Assembly (NCBI GenBank): GCA_041738285.1
Contig: JBGSQB010000090.1
Location: forward strand, 9,980 to 73,979
Origin: Pseudomonadales bacterium
Lineage (GTDB): Bacteria; Pseudomonadota; Gammaproteobacteria; Pseudomonadales; Azotimanducaceae
Length of the DNA: 64,000 nt
Direction of reading: 5' to 3'
Of the stretch, positions 1-8,860 are shown piece after piece (positions within the stretch are counted from its first letter, which is position 1; every line of letters begins with the position of its first letter). Under the pieces are notes generated by a model, which made no database searches, was not told the origin of the DNA, and saw only the letters and a list, made by a program, of their open reading frames with translations. The position numbers and the translations under genes were made by a program.

Positions 1-73
1 TCAGCAAAGCGATGAGTTCTTCCAGCCGAACCTCGAGTTCGACGAATCGCGCTTCCAGGATCGGGTCGAGCAT
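1..73 (-). CDS. Partial CDS (first 24 codons, runs off the left edge); coiled-coil, possibly SlyX-like
   Basis: The reverse complement of 1-73 reads ATG(73-71) MLDPILEARFVELEVRLEELIALL. It starts 4 nt after the stop of the upstream gene (78-80). The LExRxxELExRL pattern recalls SlyX N-termini, but the fragment is too short to be sure. Confidence 0.3.
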   Translation of the reverse strand, partial: MLDPILEARFVELEVRLEELIALL

Positions 74-77
74 TGGA

Positions 78-1994
78 TCAATCCAGCTGCAGATTACGAA
101 ACAGATCCAGCGCCTCGGGGTTGGCAAGCGCGCCGACGTTTGCAACGGCACGGCCATGCAGTACATCGCGCACGGCGATCTCAGTGAGTTTGCCGCTGCG
201 GGTGCGCGGAATGTCGGCGACCGCGATGATGCGGTCCGGCACGTGCCTTGGGCTTGCACCACTGCGTATTTCGCTGCGAATTCGACCGATCAGTTCATCA
301 GTCAATAGCACGCCTTCCTTCATGCGAACGAACAACAGCAGTTGGATGTCGTCGTCTTTCTGCCGCGCAACGGCGATCGATTCCAGCACGTCGACGATGC
401 GTTCGATCACGCGATAGATCTCCGCCGTCCCGACACGCACTCCGCCTCGATTGAGTACGGCGTCAGAGCGACCGTGGATGACGATGCCACCGTGCGCGGT
501 GAACTCACCGAAATCGCCGTGATGCCACATACCTTCGAAGCGCTCGAAGTACGCCGCGCGATAGCGACTGTCATCCGGATCGTTCCAGAAGCCGACGGGC
601 ATCGATACGAACGATCGCCGGCAAACGAGCTCACCCTTGCCCCGCGACAGTGGCTTTCCGTCGTCGTCCACAAAAGCGACGTCCATCCCGAGGCCTTGGC
701 ACTGGATCTCGCCGGCGTACACCGGGGCACAGGGGTTGCCGAGGGCAAAGCAGCCGATGATGTCCGTGCCGCCGGTGATTGATGACAACCTGACTTTAGC
801 GATGTGATCGTACGCCCAGCGATGACTCGAAGCCGGTAATGGTGAGCCGGTTGCGAGCATGGATGTGATACTGCCGAGGTCGTGGCGCGCAGCCGGACCG
901 TAGTCGCTCTTGGCCAGCGCCGATATCAAACCGGGGCTGATCCCGACGTGATTAATCCGTTCTTCCTCGATGTATCGCCAGAGTGCGCCGGCATCCGGAT
1001 AGAACGGTGCGCCTTCATACAGGCACACTGTCGTGCCATTGGCCAACGCAGACACCAGCCAGTTCCACATCATCCAGCCGCAAGTGGTGAAGAAGAGCAG
1101 CCGTTCGCCTGCGCGTAGATCGCAGTGCAGCGTATGTTCGATGCGGTGCTTGAGCAGGGTGCCGCCCTGACCATGCACGATGCACTTTGGAACTCCGGTC
1201 GTGCCGGACGAGAACATGATGAAGAGCGGTGCATCGAATCTGCGACGGTTGAACGTCAGCGGCGCCCCTGCCCCTGCGATGCAGTCGGCGTAGTCGAGAT
1301 GCGGATGTTCAACGGTCCCTTCATCCGGCTCGTCGTCGGTGCGCACCAGGATCACTGTTTCTACGCTCGCGATCACGTTCGCCACGTCACGTACGCGCGT
1401 CGTGCATGCGAAGCGCTTGCCGTTGTATCGGTATGCGTTGCAACCGATGAGCACGCGCGGCGAAATCTGACCGAATCGGTCGACGATCGCGCTGGTGCCG
1501 AAGTCCGGTGAGCACGAACTGAACACCGCCCCCAGTGATGCGGTGGCGAGCATGCAGACGATGGATTCGATCCTGTTGGGCAGGATCGCAGCGACCCGGT
1601 CGCAAGCCCGGACGCCGATTGACCGCAGGTAGTTCGCAAGCGCGGCGACCTCGTCGTTGAGCTGCGCAAACGTGATCGATGCGCGCGCATCGTTTTCATC
1701 GCGATAGATGATGGCGATCTGCTCGTCTCGACGTGATAGCAAGTTCTCGGCGAAGCACAGTTGTGCGTCCGGGAACCAGCGCGTGCCGGGCATTGCATCG
1801 AGATCTTCGCACGGTGCATTGCCGGGTGTTCCGATCACTCCGCAGAACTGCCATGCAGCGCGCCAGAATCCTTCCCGATCTTCGATGCTTAAGCGGTGGA
1901 GCTCGTCATAGGTACGCGCGCCAAACTGCATGCGAAAGCGATCCATTGCGGTCGATGCGACCTGCGCAGAGGTTGGTCGCCACAGTGGTGTCAC
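78..1994 (-). CDS. Acetoacetyl-CoA synthetase (AMP-forming)
   Basis: ORF 78..2384. It has the PLWRPT N-terminus typical of acetoacetyl-CoA synthetases, the FSSGTTGVPK AMP-binding motif and C-terminal IPRTRSGK. The Arg-rich upstream extension overlaps the SDR gene, so I trimmed the start to GTG 1994 (GTGA overlap with the SDR stop). ATG 1946 is the alternative. Confidence 0.85.
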   Translation of the reverse strand: MTPLWRPTSAQVASTAMDRFRMQFGARTYDELHRLSIEDREGFWRAAWQFCGVIGTPGNAPCEDLDAMPGTRWFPDAQLCFAENLLSRRDEQIAIIYRDENDARASITFAQLNDEVAALANYLRSIGVRACDRVAAILPNRIESIVCMLATASLGAVFSSCSPDFGTSAIVDRFGQISPRVLIGCNAYRYNGKRFACTTRVRDVANVIASVETVILVRTDDEPDEGTVEHPHLDYADCIAGAGAPLTFNRRRFDAPLFIMFSSGTTGVPKCIVHGQGGTLLKHRIEHTLHCDLRAGERLLFFTTCGWMMWNWLVSALANGTTVCLYEGAPFYPDAGALWRYIEEERINHVGISPGLISALAKSDYGPAARHDLGSITSMLATGSPLPASSHRWAYDHIAKVRLSSITGGTDIIGCFALGNPCAPVYAGEIQCQGLGMDVAFVDDDGKPLSRGKGELVCRRSFVSMPVGFWNDPDDSRYRAAYFERFEGMWHHGDFGEFTAHGGIVIHGRSDAVLNRGGVRVGTAEIYRVIERIVDVLESIAVARQKDDDIQLLLFVRMKEGVLLTDELIGRIRSEIRSGASPRHVPDRIIAVADIPRTRSGKLTEIAVRDVLHGRAVANVGALANPEALDLFRNLQLD

Positions 1995-2719
1995 CAGCGC
2001 TCTTGGGATGTGCGCACGTCCACTTCGAATGACCATGCGCTGCGTGGTTGCTTGTAGAGGTATTGAAAGGCGTCGACGATGCCCTCGAGATTGATCAGCC
2101 CCTGCTCGCCAAGCTTGTTTGCATATTCGGGGAACCCCTTGATGATCTTGTCCCCACCGATGGGTCCGTCGATGACCACGTGACCGACATGAATGTGCTC
2201 CGGGCCATACTCCTTCGCCATCGCCTGGGCGAGGTTTCGCAGTGCGCCCTTGGCGGCGTTGAACGCACCGAAATTGGCGCGACCCCGAAGCGATGCGCTG
2301 GCGCCGGTGAAGAGCAAGGTGCCGCGGCCCTGCACGCGCATGCGCCGCACCGCTTCGCGGCCGAACAGGAATCCGCCGAAGCATCCCACGCGCCAGCTCT
2401 GTTCGAAGTAACTGGCGGTCATGTCGACGATCTTGCCCGGCGTGTTGTTGCCTGCGTTGTAGATGGCGACGTCGATGTCACCGTCACCTGCGGCATCTGC
2501 ACGATCGAACAATGCGACGACGTCGGACTCGACTGTTGCATCGGCAACTACTGCAGTGGCGGTGCCGTCGTTGGTGGCGATTGAGTGTACAACGGTATCG
2601 AGCTGCGACTGTGTGCGACCCGCGACGAAGACGTGCAGACCGAGGCTTGCGAATCGCTCCGCCAAGCGAGCGCCAAGCCCGGCTTGAGGACCCACCCCGA
2701 TGACAACGGCTTTGTTCAT
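1991..2719 (-). CDS. SDR-family oxidoreductase, atypical (Phe at the catalytic Tyr position)
   Basis: Rossmann N-terminus VVIGVGPQAGLG, NAG motif IYNAGNN, Ser in FTGASAS. The YxxxK position reads FNAAK. As I recall, a classical-SDR subgroup with Phe instead of Tyr is described in CDD. Confidence 0.8.
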   Translation of the reverse strand: MNKAVVIGVGPQAGLGARLAERFASLGLHVFVAGRTQSQLDTVVHSIATNDGTATAVVADATVESDVVALFDRADAAGDGDIDVAIYNAGNNTPGKIVDMTASYFEQSWRVGCFGGFLFGREAVRRMRVQGRGTLLFTGASASLRGRANFGAFNAAKGALRNLAQAMAKEYGPEHIHVGHVVIDGPIGGDKIIKGFPEYANKLGEQGLINLEGIVDAFQYLYKQPRSAWSFEVDVRTSQERW

Positions 2720-2735
2720 GCTGGGTGCTCCGTAG

Positions 2736-3680
2736 CTACACGACTCTGAATCGCAATGGTTGCGCGTTTGCCAGGCGCAGGCAATTGTCCGCTGCCACGG
2801 CCACGCTTCGCGCCAGCGTCTCGCGCGTGAGCCATGCGACGTGAGGCGTCAGCACCACGTCGTTGCGGCCGAACAGCGGATGATCGTGCGGCGTGGGCTC
2901 GTCCGTGAAGACATCGAGCCCGGCGCCGATGAGGGGGCCATGGTCGAGCGCTTCGATCAGCGCATTATCGTCGATGAGTGCACCGCGCGCGGTATTGATC
3001 AGGATGCTGCCACTGCGCATCGTGCGCAGGCGCGTCCGGTTCATGAGCTTCGTCGTCGCCGGTGTGAGCGGTATGTGCAGGCTGACGATGTCCGACCTCG
3101 CGAGCAGCGCATCGAGTGGCACGAATGGGAGATCGATGTCGGGCTTCCGCGACTGCGCCGAGTAGACGACCTGTGCGCCCATGGCCGACAGGATCGGTGC
3201 CAGCAGACGAGGTACTGCACCGAATCCGATCAGACCCACCGTGCGGCCGCGAATCTCACCGAGTCGGTCCTGCCGCTCAGGCGGCCATGCCCAACCCGCG
3301 CCCCCGCGCACTTCGGCATCGAACGGGCGCAGCAGGCGGAGCACTGCAAGCGCCAGCGCGAGGGTGTGTTCGGCCACCGCTGCACTGTTGGTGCCAGGCA
3401 TGTTGCACACGGCGATGCCGCGGGCCTTGGCGTAGTCGAGGTCGATCGTGTTCACGCCAACCCCGATCTTCTGGATCAGCTTGAGGTTCGGCGCGGCATC
3501 CATGACGCGGCGGTCCACAGGACGCAGGCAGTGCCACAACACATCTGCGCTCGCGAGCAACTCGAACAGCCTTGTGTCGTCCGATTCTGGACAGACGTCG
3601 ACATCGAGGCCGCGGTTGCGCAGCTCGCCAAGGCTCGCTGCGAATTGGGGCGCTGCGGCGTAGTTGTAGATCACCTTCAT
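2736..3680 (-). CDS. D-isomer-specific 2-hydroxyacid dehydrogenase (NAD-binding)
   Basis: GLIGFGAVPRL dinucleotide fold. The INTARGALID and LTPHVAW motifs match the Arg/Glu/His catalytic set of the family. Confidence 0.85.
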   Translation of the reverse strand: MKVIYNYAAAPQFAASLGELRNRGLDVDVCPESDDTRLFELLASADVLWHCLRPVDRRVMDAAPNLKLIQKIGVGVNTIDLDYAKARGIAVCNMPGTNSAAVAEHTLALALAVLRLLRPFDAEVRGGAGWAWPPERQDRLGEIRGRTVGLIGFGAVPRLLAPILSAMGAQVVYSAQSRKPDIDLPFVPLDALLARSDIVSLHIPLTPATTKLMNRTRLRTMRSGSILINTARGALIDDNALIEALDHGPLIGAGLDVFTDEPTPHDHPLFGRNDVVLTPHVAWLTRETLARSVAVAADNCLRLANAQPLRFRVV

Positions 3681-3704
3681 CTGCGTCGTCTCTCGACGAT
3701 CATC

Positions 3705-3992
3705 CTAGGAAGTCGCGGGGATGGCTTGCCGGAAGCCGTGGATATCGACACGTTCGAAGAGGCCCGCAGCGCGATAAGGATCGCCCGCGGCGAAACGCTC
3801 CACCGCCGCCGCGTCTGGCGCGTCCACGATGAAGAACGATCCGCGCATGGTCTTGCCGTCTTCCGTCAGCAGCGGACCTGCGAGCAGGATCGTCAGCGAT
3901 GGATTCTTGATGTACGCAAGATGTCGCTCGCGCGTCGCCATGCGTAATTCGAGGCTGTTGGGCTTATCGAGGCAGTAGAGCGCGAATTGCAT
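3705..3992 (-). CDS. YciI-family protein
   Basis: 95 aa with LAYIKNP...GPLLTEDG...GSFFIVDAPD...DPY...GLFE, the typical YciI pattern. Confidence 0.7.
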   Translation of the reverse strand: MQFALYCLDKPNSLELRMATRERHLAYIKNPSLTILLAGPLLTEDGKTMRGSFFIVDAPDAAAVERFAAGDPYRAAGLFERVDIHGFRQAIPATS

Positions 3993-4001
3993 GAGTCGTC
4001 C

Positions 4002-5252
4002 CTATGTCAGTTTCAGTAATGCGAGCGGCGGATGCCCCAGCGATTCGGAGATGCGCAACAGCTCATTCCACTTGGCGGTGCGCTCGCCGCGGGTCATTGA
4101 GCCCACCTTGATCATCGGTGCGCCCCAGCCAACGCTCAGATGCGCGATGGTGACGTCTTCGGTCTCGCCCGAGCGCGCGGAGACGATGGGCATGATGCTG
4201 CTGCGCGTACATGCGTCGAGTGCCGCTTTGGACTCCGTCAGTGTGCCGGCTTGATTCGGTTTGATGAGCGCGGCGTCGATGGCGCCAGACGTGGCGGCCT
4301 GCGTGATTCGTGCGGCGTTGGTGACGACGAGATCGTCGCCGACCACGCGGCATCTGGGTGCCCGTTTGCGGAAGCGGGCGAAGGAGTCGGCGTCGTCCTC
4401 TTGCGCCGGGTCTTCCACCAGTCGAATGGGAAATCGCTCGCACCAGGTTGCGAGCAACTCGATCCACTCAGTGGATCCGAGTGACCGCTTCTCGCGGGAT
4501 AGACGGTACTGCCCATCGACATAGAACTGGGTTGCCGCCACGTCGATCGATATGACGATGTCGTCTCCGGCAGTGTGCCCTGATGCGTCGATCGCGCGCG
4601 TGAGCAGGTCCAATGCGGCTTCGTTGCCTTCGACCTCGGGGAAGTAGCCACCTTCGTCCGCGACCCCCAAGAGGCGTTTTGACTTGCGCAGCAACTCACC
4701 CATGGAACGATAGACGTCCGCGCACCAGTGCAAGGCGGTTGGCCAGTCAGGTGCACCGACGGGTACGATCATCAGGTCCTGCAGGTCGATGCGGCCGTGG
4801 GCGTGCGCGCCGCCGCCCATGATCTGGATTTCCGGCACGGGCAATGCCAGCGATGCGCGTTCACCAGCAAGCACTCTGAACAATGGCTGGCCGAGACTGC
4901 GTGCATGCGCATGCGCGGCCGCCATGGATGTGGCGATGAGCGTGTTACCGCCGAGGCGTTCGCGTTGGGCCGTACCGTCGAGCTCGATCAGACGCTGATC
5001 GATTGCGGATTGGTTGCTGCAGTCCATACCGATCAGCGCGGGCGCAATCTCGCGATCGAATCCCGCGCATGCGGTGGCGACGCCGAGTCCATCGGCGTCA
5101 CGCAGCTCGTGTGCTTCGTACTTTCCCTTGGAGGCGCCCGCAGGCGCGATCGCGCGACCGTGGGCGGTGTCTGTATGGATCTCCACTTCGATGGTCGGTC
5201 GACCGCGCGAGTCCCAGACGCTGCGCGAGCGGCAGTTGCGGATTGCGATCAC
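4002..5252 (-). CDS. Enolase-family protein (divergent paralog of phosphopyruvate hydratase)
   Basis: DSRGRPTIEVEI, PAGASKGKYEAHELRD, ADEGGY, VEDP, VGDDLVVTN, IKPNQAGTLTES, SARSGETED and GERTAKWNELLRI all align with canonical enolase motifs. GTG start 5252 forms a GTGA overlap with the kinase stop. Confidence 0.85.
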   Translation of the reverse strand: MIAIRNCRSRSVWDSRGRPTIEVEIHTDTAHGRAIAPAGASKGKYEAHELRDADGLGVATACAGFDREIAPALIGMDCSNQSAIDQRLIELDGTAQRERLGGNTLIATSMAAAHAHARSLGQPLFRVLAGERASLALPVPEIQIMGGGAHAHGRIDLQDLMIVPVGAPDWPTALHWCADVYRSMGELLRKSKRLLGVADEGGYFPEVEGNEAALDLLTRAIDASGHTAGDDIVISIDVAATQFYVDGQYRLSREKRSLGSTEWIELLATWCERFPIRLVEDPAQEDDADSFARFRKRAPRCRVVGDDLVVTNAARITQAATSGAIDAALIKPNQAGTLTESKAALDACTRSSIMPIVSARSGETEDVTIAHLSVGWGAPMIKVGSMTRGERTAKWNELLRISESLGHPPLALLKLT

Positions 5253-6259
5253 AGGAAGTACTCCTCCTGCCAGGCAGTCAGGAACTCGTGTCCCGTTGCA
5301 AAGGGCTTTTCGAGCGCGCGAACCGCGGTGGCGCGCACGCGTTTGCGGTCGCGCGGCTCGGTGAGGTATTCGACCGGCGACTTACCGTCGAGACGCGCCA
5401 GTATCAGGGCGGGAACGAGTCGATTCAGGCGCGTCTCCACGGGCTCGGGCGCATGTGCTTCGTACGCTTCTTTGAAGCGGAACGCCGAGTCGTACATCCA
5501 TAGCTGCAGGGTCTTCAGATGGATGCTCTTCAGCAGATAGTGCGACAGCATGAAGGCGACATCGAAAGCGGGGTCACCCCAGGTTGCGCACTCGGCATCC
5601 AGCACGACCGGTGGACGCGATTGGTGGATGAGAACGTTCTTCGGACTGAAGTCGCCGTGGATCAGCGCGGTGCGATGTTTGCGCTGGTTTTCGGCGATGT
5701 CGGTCAGTATGCCCGTCAGTTCGGGATTTCGTCCGGTGGCGCCGATGAAGTACGGATCCAGGCGCAACGAATCGAACAGATCTGCATTGTCGAACTGCGC
5801 AGCGAGATCCGCGCGGCCGCTGCTTGCGCTGTGCAGCTGACCGAGCAACACGCCGAGTTCGCGGCCGATGCCAGGTCGCGTCGAGCCTTGCATGAGTAGC
5901 GTCTTGTACGGCGTCCACATTGCCGGGCTGAAGTACTGCAGCACCGCGACGCCTGATTCGGCGTCATCGGCGATCACCTCGGGAACCTGGCCCGGGGTGA
6001 TGCTCGCCGCGAAGCGCAACCACTGCACTTCAACCGCGTTGCGGCGGATCGACGCATGCCAATCGGCCGCAACCTTCAGACGCGGCAACGCGCGTTTGAC
6101 ACAATAGGTTCCACCTGGCCCTTCGATGCGCCAAATATCCGATGACACGCCGCCGCTCAAGGGCTCGTAGACGAAGGGTCCCTCGCCAGGAAGGAGTCTT
6201 TCGACTGTCGCTACCAGTGCTTCGGCGGGTGCCGCATACACCTCAACCGCCGAAGGCAT
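5249..6259 (-). CDS. Aminoglycoside-phosphotransferase (APH)-fold kinase, substrate unknown
   Basis: Catalytic loop HGDFSPKNVLI and DAECATWGDPAFDVAF match the APH/choline-kinase fold. Confidence 0.75.
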   Translation of the reverse strand: MPSAVEVYAAPAEALVATVERLLPGEGPFVYEPLSGGVSSDIWRIEGPGGTYCVKRALPRLKVAADWHASIRRNAVEVQWLRFAASITPGQVPEVIADDAESGVAVLQYFSPAMWTPYKTLLMQGSTRPGIGRELGVLLGQLHSASSGRADLAAQFDNADLFDSLRLDPYFIGATGRNPELTGILTDIAENQRKHRTALIHGDFSPKNVLIHQSRPPVVLDAECATWGDPAFDVAFMLSHYLLKSIHLKTLQLWMYDSAFRFKEAYEAHAPEPVETRLNRLVPALILARLDGKSPVEYLTEPRDRKRVRATAVRALEKPFATGHEFLTAWQEEYFL

Positions 6260-7172
6260 GTTTCAGCGCTGATGCAGCCTTTTCCATGCCCGGGCGACCC
6301 GCATCGAGCAGATGCGACATGGAGAAGAAGCCATGGATGAGCCCATCGTAGCGGACGCACTCGACCTTGCTGCCGGCTTGCACGAGGCGCGCGCCGTAAG
6401 CCTCGCCTTCGTCGCGCAGCGGATCGAACTCCGCGGTCAGTATGAGCGCGGGCGGTAGGTTCGTCAGATCCTTCGCGCGTGCTGGTGCGGCATAGGGGTG
6501 GGCGCGGTCGGCAGCATTCGGACAGTAGTGGTCCCAGAACCAATGCATCGAATCGCGGGTGAGCAGGTACCCTTCAGCGTTGTCGCGATAGGAGGGTGTG
6601 TCGAATCCGGCTTCGGTGACGGGGTAGACGAGTACCTGCAGGGCGATGCGCGGGCCTTTGCGATCGCGCGCCATCTGGCTCACCACCGCGGCGAGATTGC
6701 CGCCGGCGCTATCGCCTGCGACGGCGATCCTCGACGGGTCCGCGTTGATCGAAGCGGCGTTCTTGGCCGTCCATACCGTCGCCGCGAAGCAGTCCTCGGC
6801 GGCAGCGGGATATCGGTGTTCCGGGGCAAGTCGATAGTCCACGGCCATGACGATGCAGTGGGCGAGGTTGCACAGGTCGCGGCATTGGGCATCGTGGGTA
6901 TCGAGATCGCCGATTACCCAGCCACCGCCGTGGAAATGCACGCACACCGGGAAGGGCCCCTTGCCCTTGGGCGTGTAGATCCGAATCGGCAGATCACCGC
7001 CGGGGCCGGGGATGATGCGATCAGCAACGCTGCCAACGGCGATCTGGGGTGCGGCCGGCTGCATCGCGCGATAAAGGGCGCGCCCTTCGGCGACCGGCAG
7101 CTCCGACATCGCGGGGCCTCCAGCCGCGGCCATCTGCTCGAGCAACGCTTGAAACTGTGGATGTAGTGGCAT
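6243..7172 (-). CDS. Alpha/beta hydrolase, hormone-sensitive-lipase-type esterase
   Basis: Oxyanion motif HFHGGGWVIGD and nucleophile elbow GDSAGGNLA. Overlaps the kinase start by 17 nt. Confidence 0.85.
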   Translation of the reverse strand: MPLHPQFQALLEQMAAAGGPAMSELPVAEGRALYRAMQPAAPQIAVGSVADRIIPGPGGDLPIRIYTPKGKGPFPVCVHFHGGGWVIGDLDTHDAQCRDLCNLAHCIVMAVDYRLAPEHRYPAAAEDCFAATVWTAKNAASINADPSRIAVAGDSAGGNLAAVVSQMARDRKGPRIALQVLVYPVTEAGFDTPSYRDNAEGYLLTRDSMHWFWDHYCPNAADRAHPYAAPARAKDLTNLPPALILTAEFDPLRDEGEAYGARLVQAGSKVECVRYDGLIHGFFSMSHLLDAGRPGMEKAASALKHAFGG

Positions 7173-7294
7173 GGATCTCCCCGTCCGATTTGAGTTCGCT
7201 GATGAAGCTTAAGTAACACCGCGCGCCATGAATAGCGCCCTGTACGTGTCTGAGTATTCTAGTAACATTGCGATCCGTTTCAGGAGAATCCCGC

Positions 7295-7900
7295 ATGAAT
7301 GATCGTGGCCGGCTCGCAGATGCCGACGATGCCGTCGAGGCAGCTAAGCAGTTCAATCTGCTGGAAAATTCGCTGCTCAAGCATCGAACGCTGACGATAT
7401 TCGGCGAGATCAACAAGGAAGTGACCCAGCGCACCGCTGAGAAGCTGCTGTCCCTGTCCTACGAAAACGACGACCCGATCACCCTGTTCATCGGCTCACC
7501 GGGAGGCCATGTCGAATCGGGTGATACCATCTTCGACATGATCCGGTTCATCAAGCCGGTGGTACGGATCGTCGGCACGGGCTGGGTGGGATCGATCGCG
7601 ACGCACATCTATCTGGCAACGGCCAAAGAGCATCGTTACGCGCTGCCCAACACGCGCTTTCTGATTCATCAGCCATCCGGTGGCTTCGGCGGTGATGCCT
7701 CAGACATCGATATTCAGGCGCGTGAGATCTTGAAGACGCGCGAGCGCATCAACCGGATCATCGCCGAACAGACCGGCCAGCCGCTGTCGCGGGTTGCCGA
7801 AGACACCGACCGGGATTATTGGATGAGCACCGAGGAGTCGGTGGCTTACGGTTTGGTCGGCAAGGTCATCAGCTCTTCGGCCGAATTGCCCGCCAAGTAA
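7295..7900 (+). CDS. clpP: ClpP-family serine protease subunit (stand-alone paralog)
   Basis: Ser in GWVGSIAT, His in LIHQP and Asp in DTDRDYW align with the ClpP triad. AGGAG at 7282-7286 precedes ATG 7295; the ORF-track start 7268 is TTG with no SD. Confidence 0.8.
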   Translation: MNDRGRLADADDAVEAAKQFNLLENSLLKHRTLTIFGEINKEVTQRTAEKLLSLSYENDDPITLFIGSPGGHVESGDTIFDMIRFIKPVVRIVGTGWVGSIATHIYLATAKEHRYALPNTRFLIHQPSGGFGGDASDIDIQAREILKTRERINRIIAEQTGQPLSRVAEDTDRDYWMSTEESVAYGLVGKVISSSAELPAK

Positions 7901-7909
7901 GCACAGGCA

Positions 7910-8860
7910 GTGTTCGAAGCCCTCGTACTGGTTTCGATGGGCCTTGTCGCGCTCATTGTTGGCGGCGATCTGCTCATTCGTGGCGCCGCCGCGCTCGCCA
8001 AGCGGCTCGGTGTTTCCAATCTCGTCATCGGCCTGACGGTGGTGGGGTTCGGCACTTCGATCCCGGAGCTCGTCACCAGCGTTCAAGCTGCGCTCTTCGG
8101 CGAACCGGAACTCGCCGTCGGTAACGTCATCGGCAGCAATATCGCGAATATTCTGTTGATTCTCGGCGTGGCAATTCTCATTGCGCCGATTCACTTGAAG
8201 ATTGGTGAATTGAAACGCGATTGTGCTGCGCTCGGCGTGGCGACCGCGGCCGGGCTGTTGGTGCTCTATATGTCGGAACTCGATCGGCTGATGGCGACGA
8301 TTTTCGTTGCCGGCGTCATCGCCTACACGGTCACCGCGTATCGCAGCGAACGCAATACCCACAAACCGTCAGCGGATCTGCACGCAGCCGAGGCGGGCCT
8401 TGCGGGGCAAGCATCTGCCAGACTGTGGGTGACCGTGACCATGGCAGCCGGCGGGCTCGGTGCGATTCTGGTCGGTGCGACGGTGTTGGTGGATGGCAGC
8501 GTCACGCTGGCGCAGATGATGGGCGTGTCCTCGGCGGTGATCGGTCTGACGGTGGTCGCGGTCGGCACTTCATTGCCCGAGCTGGTTACATCGATCATTG
8601 CCGCTGTGCGCAAACAGCCGGAGCTTGCCTTCGGCAATGTCATTGGCAGTAACATCTTCAACGTGCTCGCGATCCTCGGTTTGACCGCTCTCGTTCATCC
8701 GTTGCACCTGCGCAGTGGATTCGATGTGGTCGATGCGCTGGTGTTTTTGGGTTCGGCGGTTGCGTTGATGGTGCTCGCTTCTCGATTGAACCGCGTCGTC
8801 GGTGTCGTGTTCATCACCGCATGGGTCATCTACAGCGCATCGCTGTTCGAGCATGGCTGA
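7910..8860 (+). CDS. CaCA-family Ca2+/Na+ antiporter (YrbG-like)
   Basis: Two alpha-repeats, GTSIPELVTSV...GNVIGSNI and GTSLPELVTSI...GNVIGSNI. Polytopic hydrophobic protein with a GTG start. Confidence 0.85.
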   Translation: MFEALVLVSMGLVALIVGGDLLIRGAAALAKRLGVSNLVIGLTVVGFGTSIPELVTSVQAALFGEPELAVGNVIGSNIANILLILGVAILIAPIHLKIGELKRDCAALGVATAAGLLVLYMSELDRLMATIFVAGVIAYTVTAYRSERNTHKPSADLHAAEAGLAGQASARLWVTVTMAAGGLGAILVGATVLVDGSVTLAQMMGVSSAVIGLTVVAVGTSLPELVTSIIAAVRKQPELAFGNVIGSNIFNVLAILGLTALVHPLHLRSGFDVVDALVFLGSAVALMVLASRLNRVVGVVFITAWVIYSASLFEHG

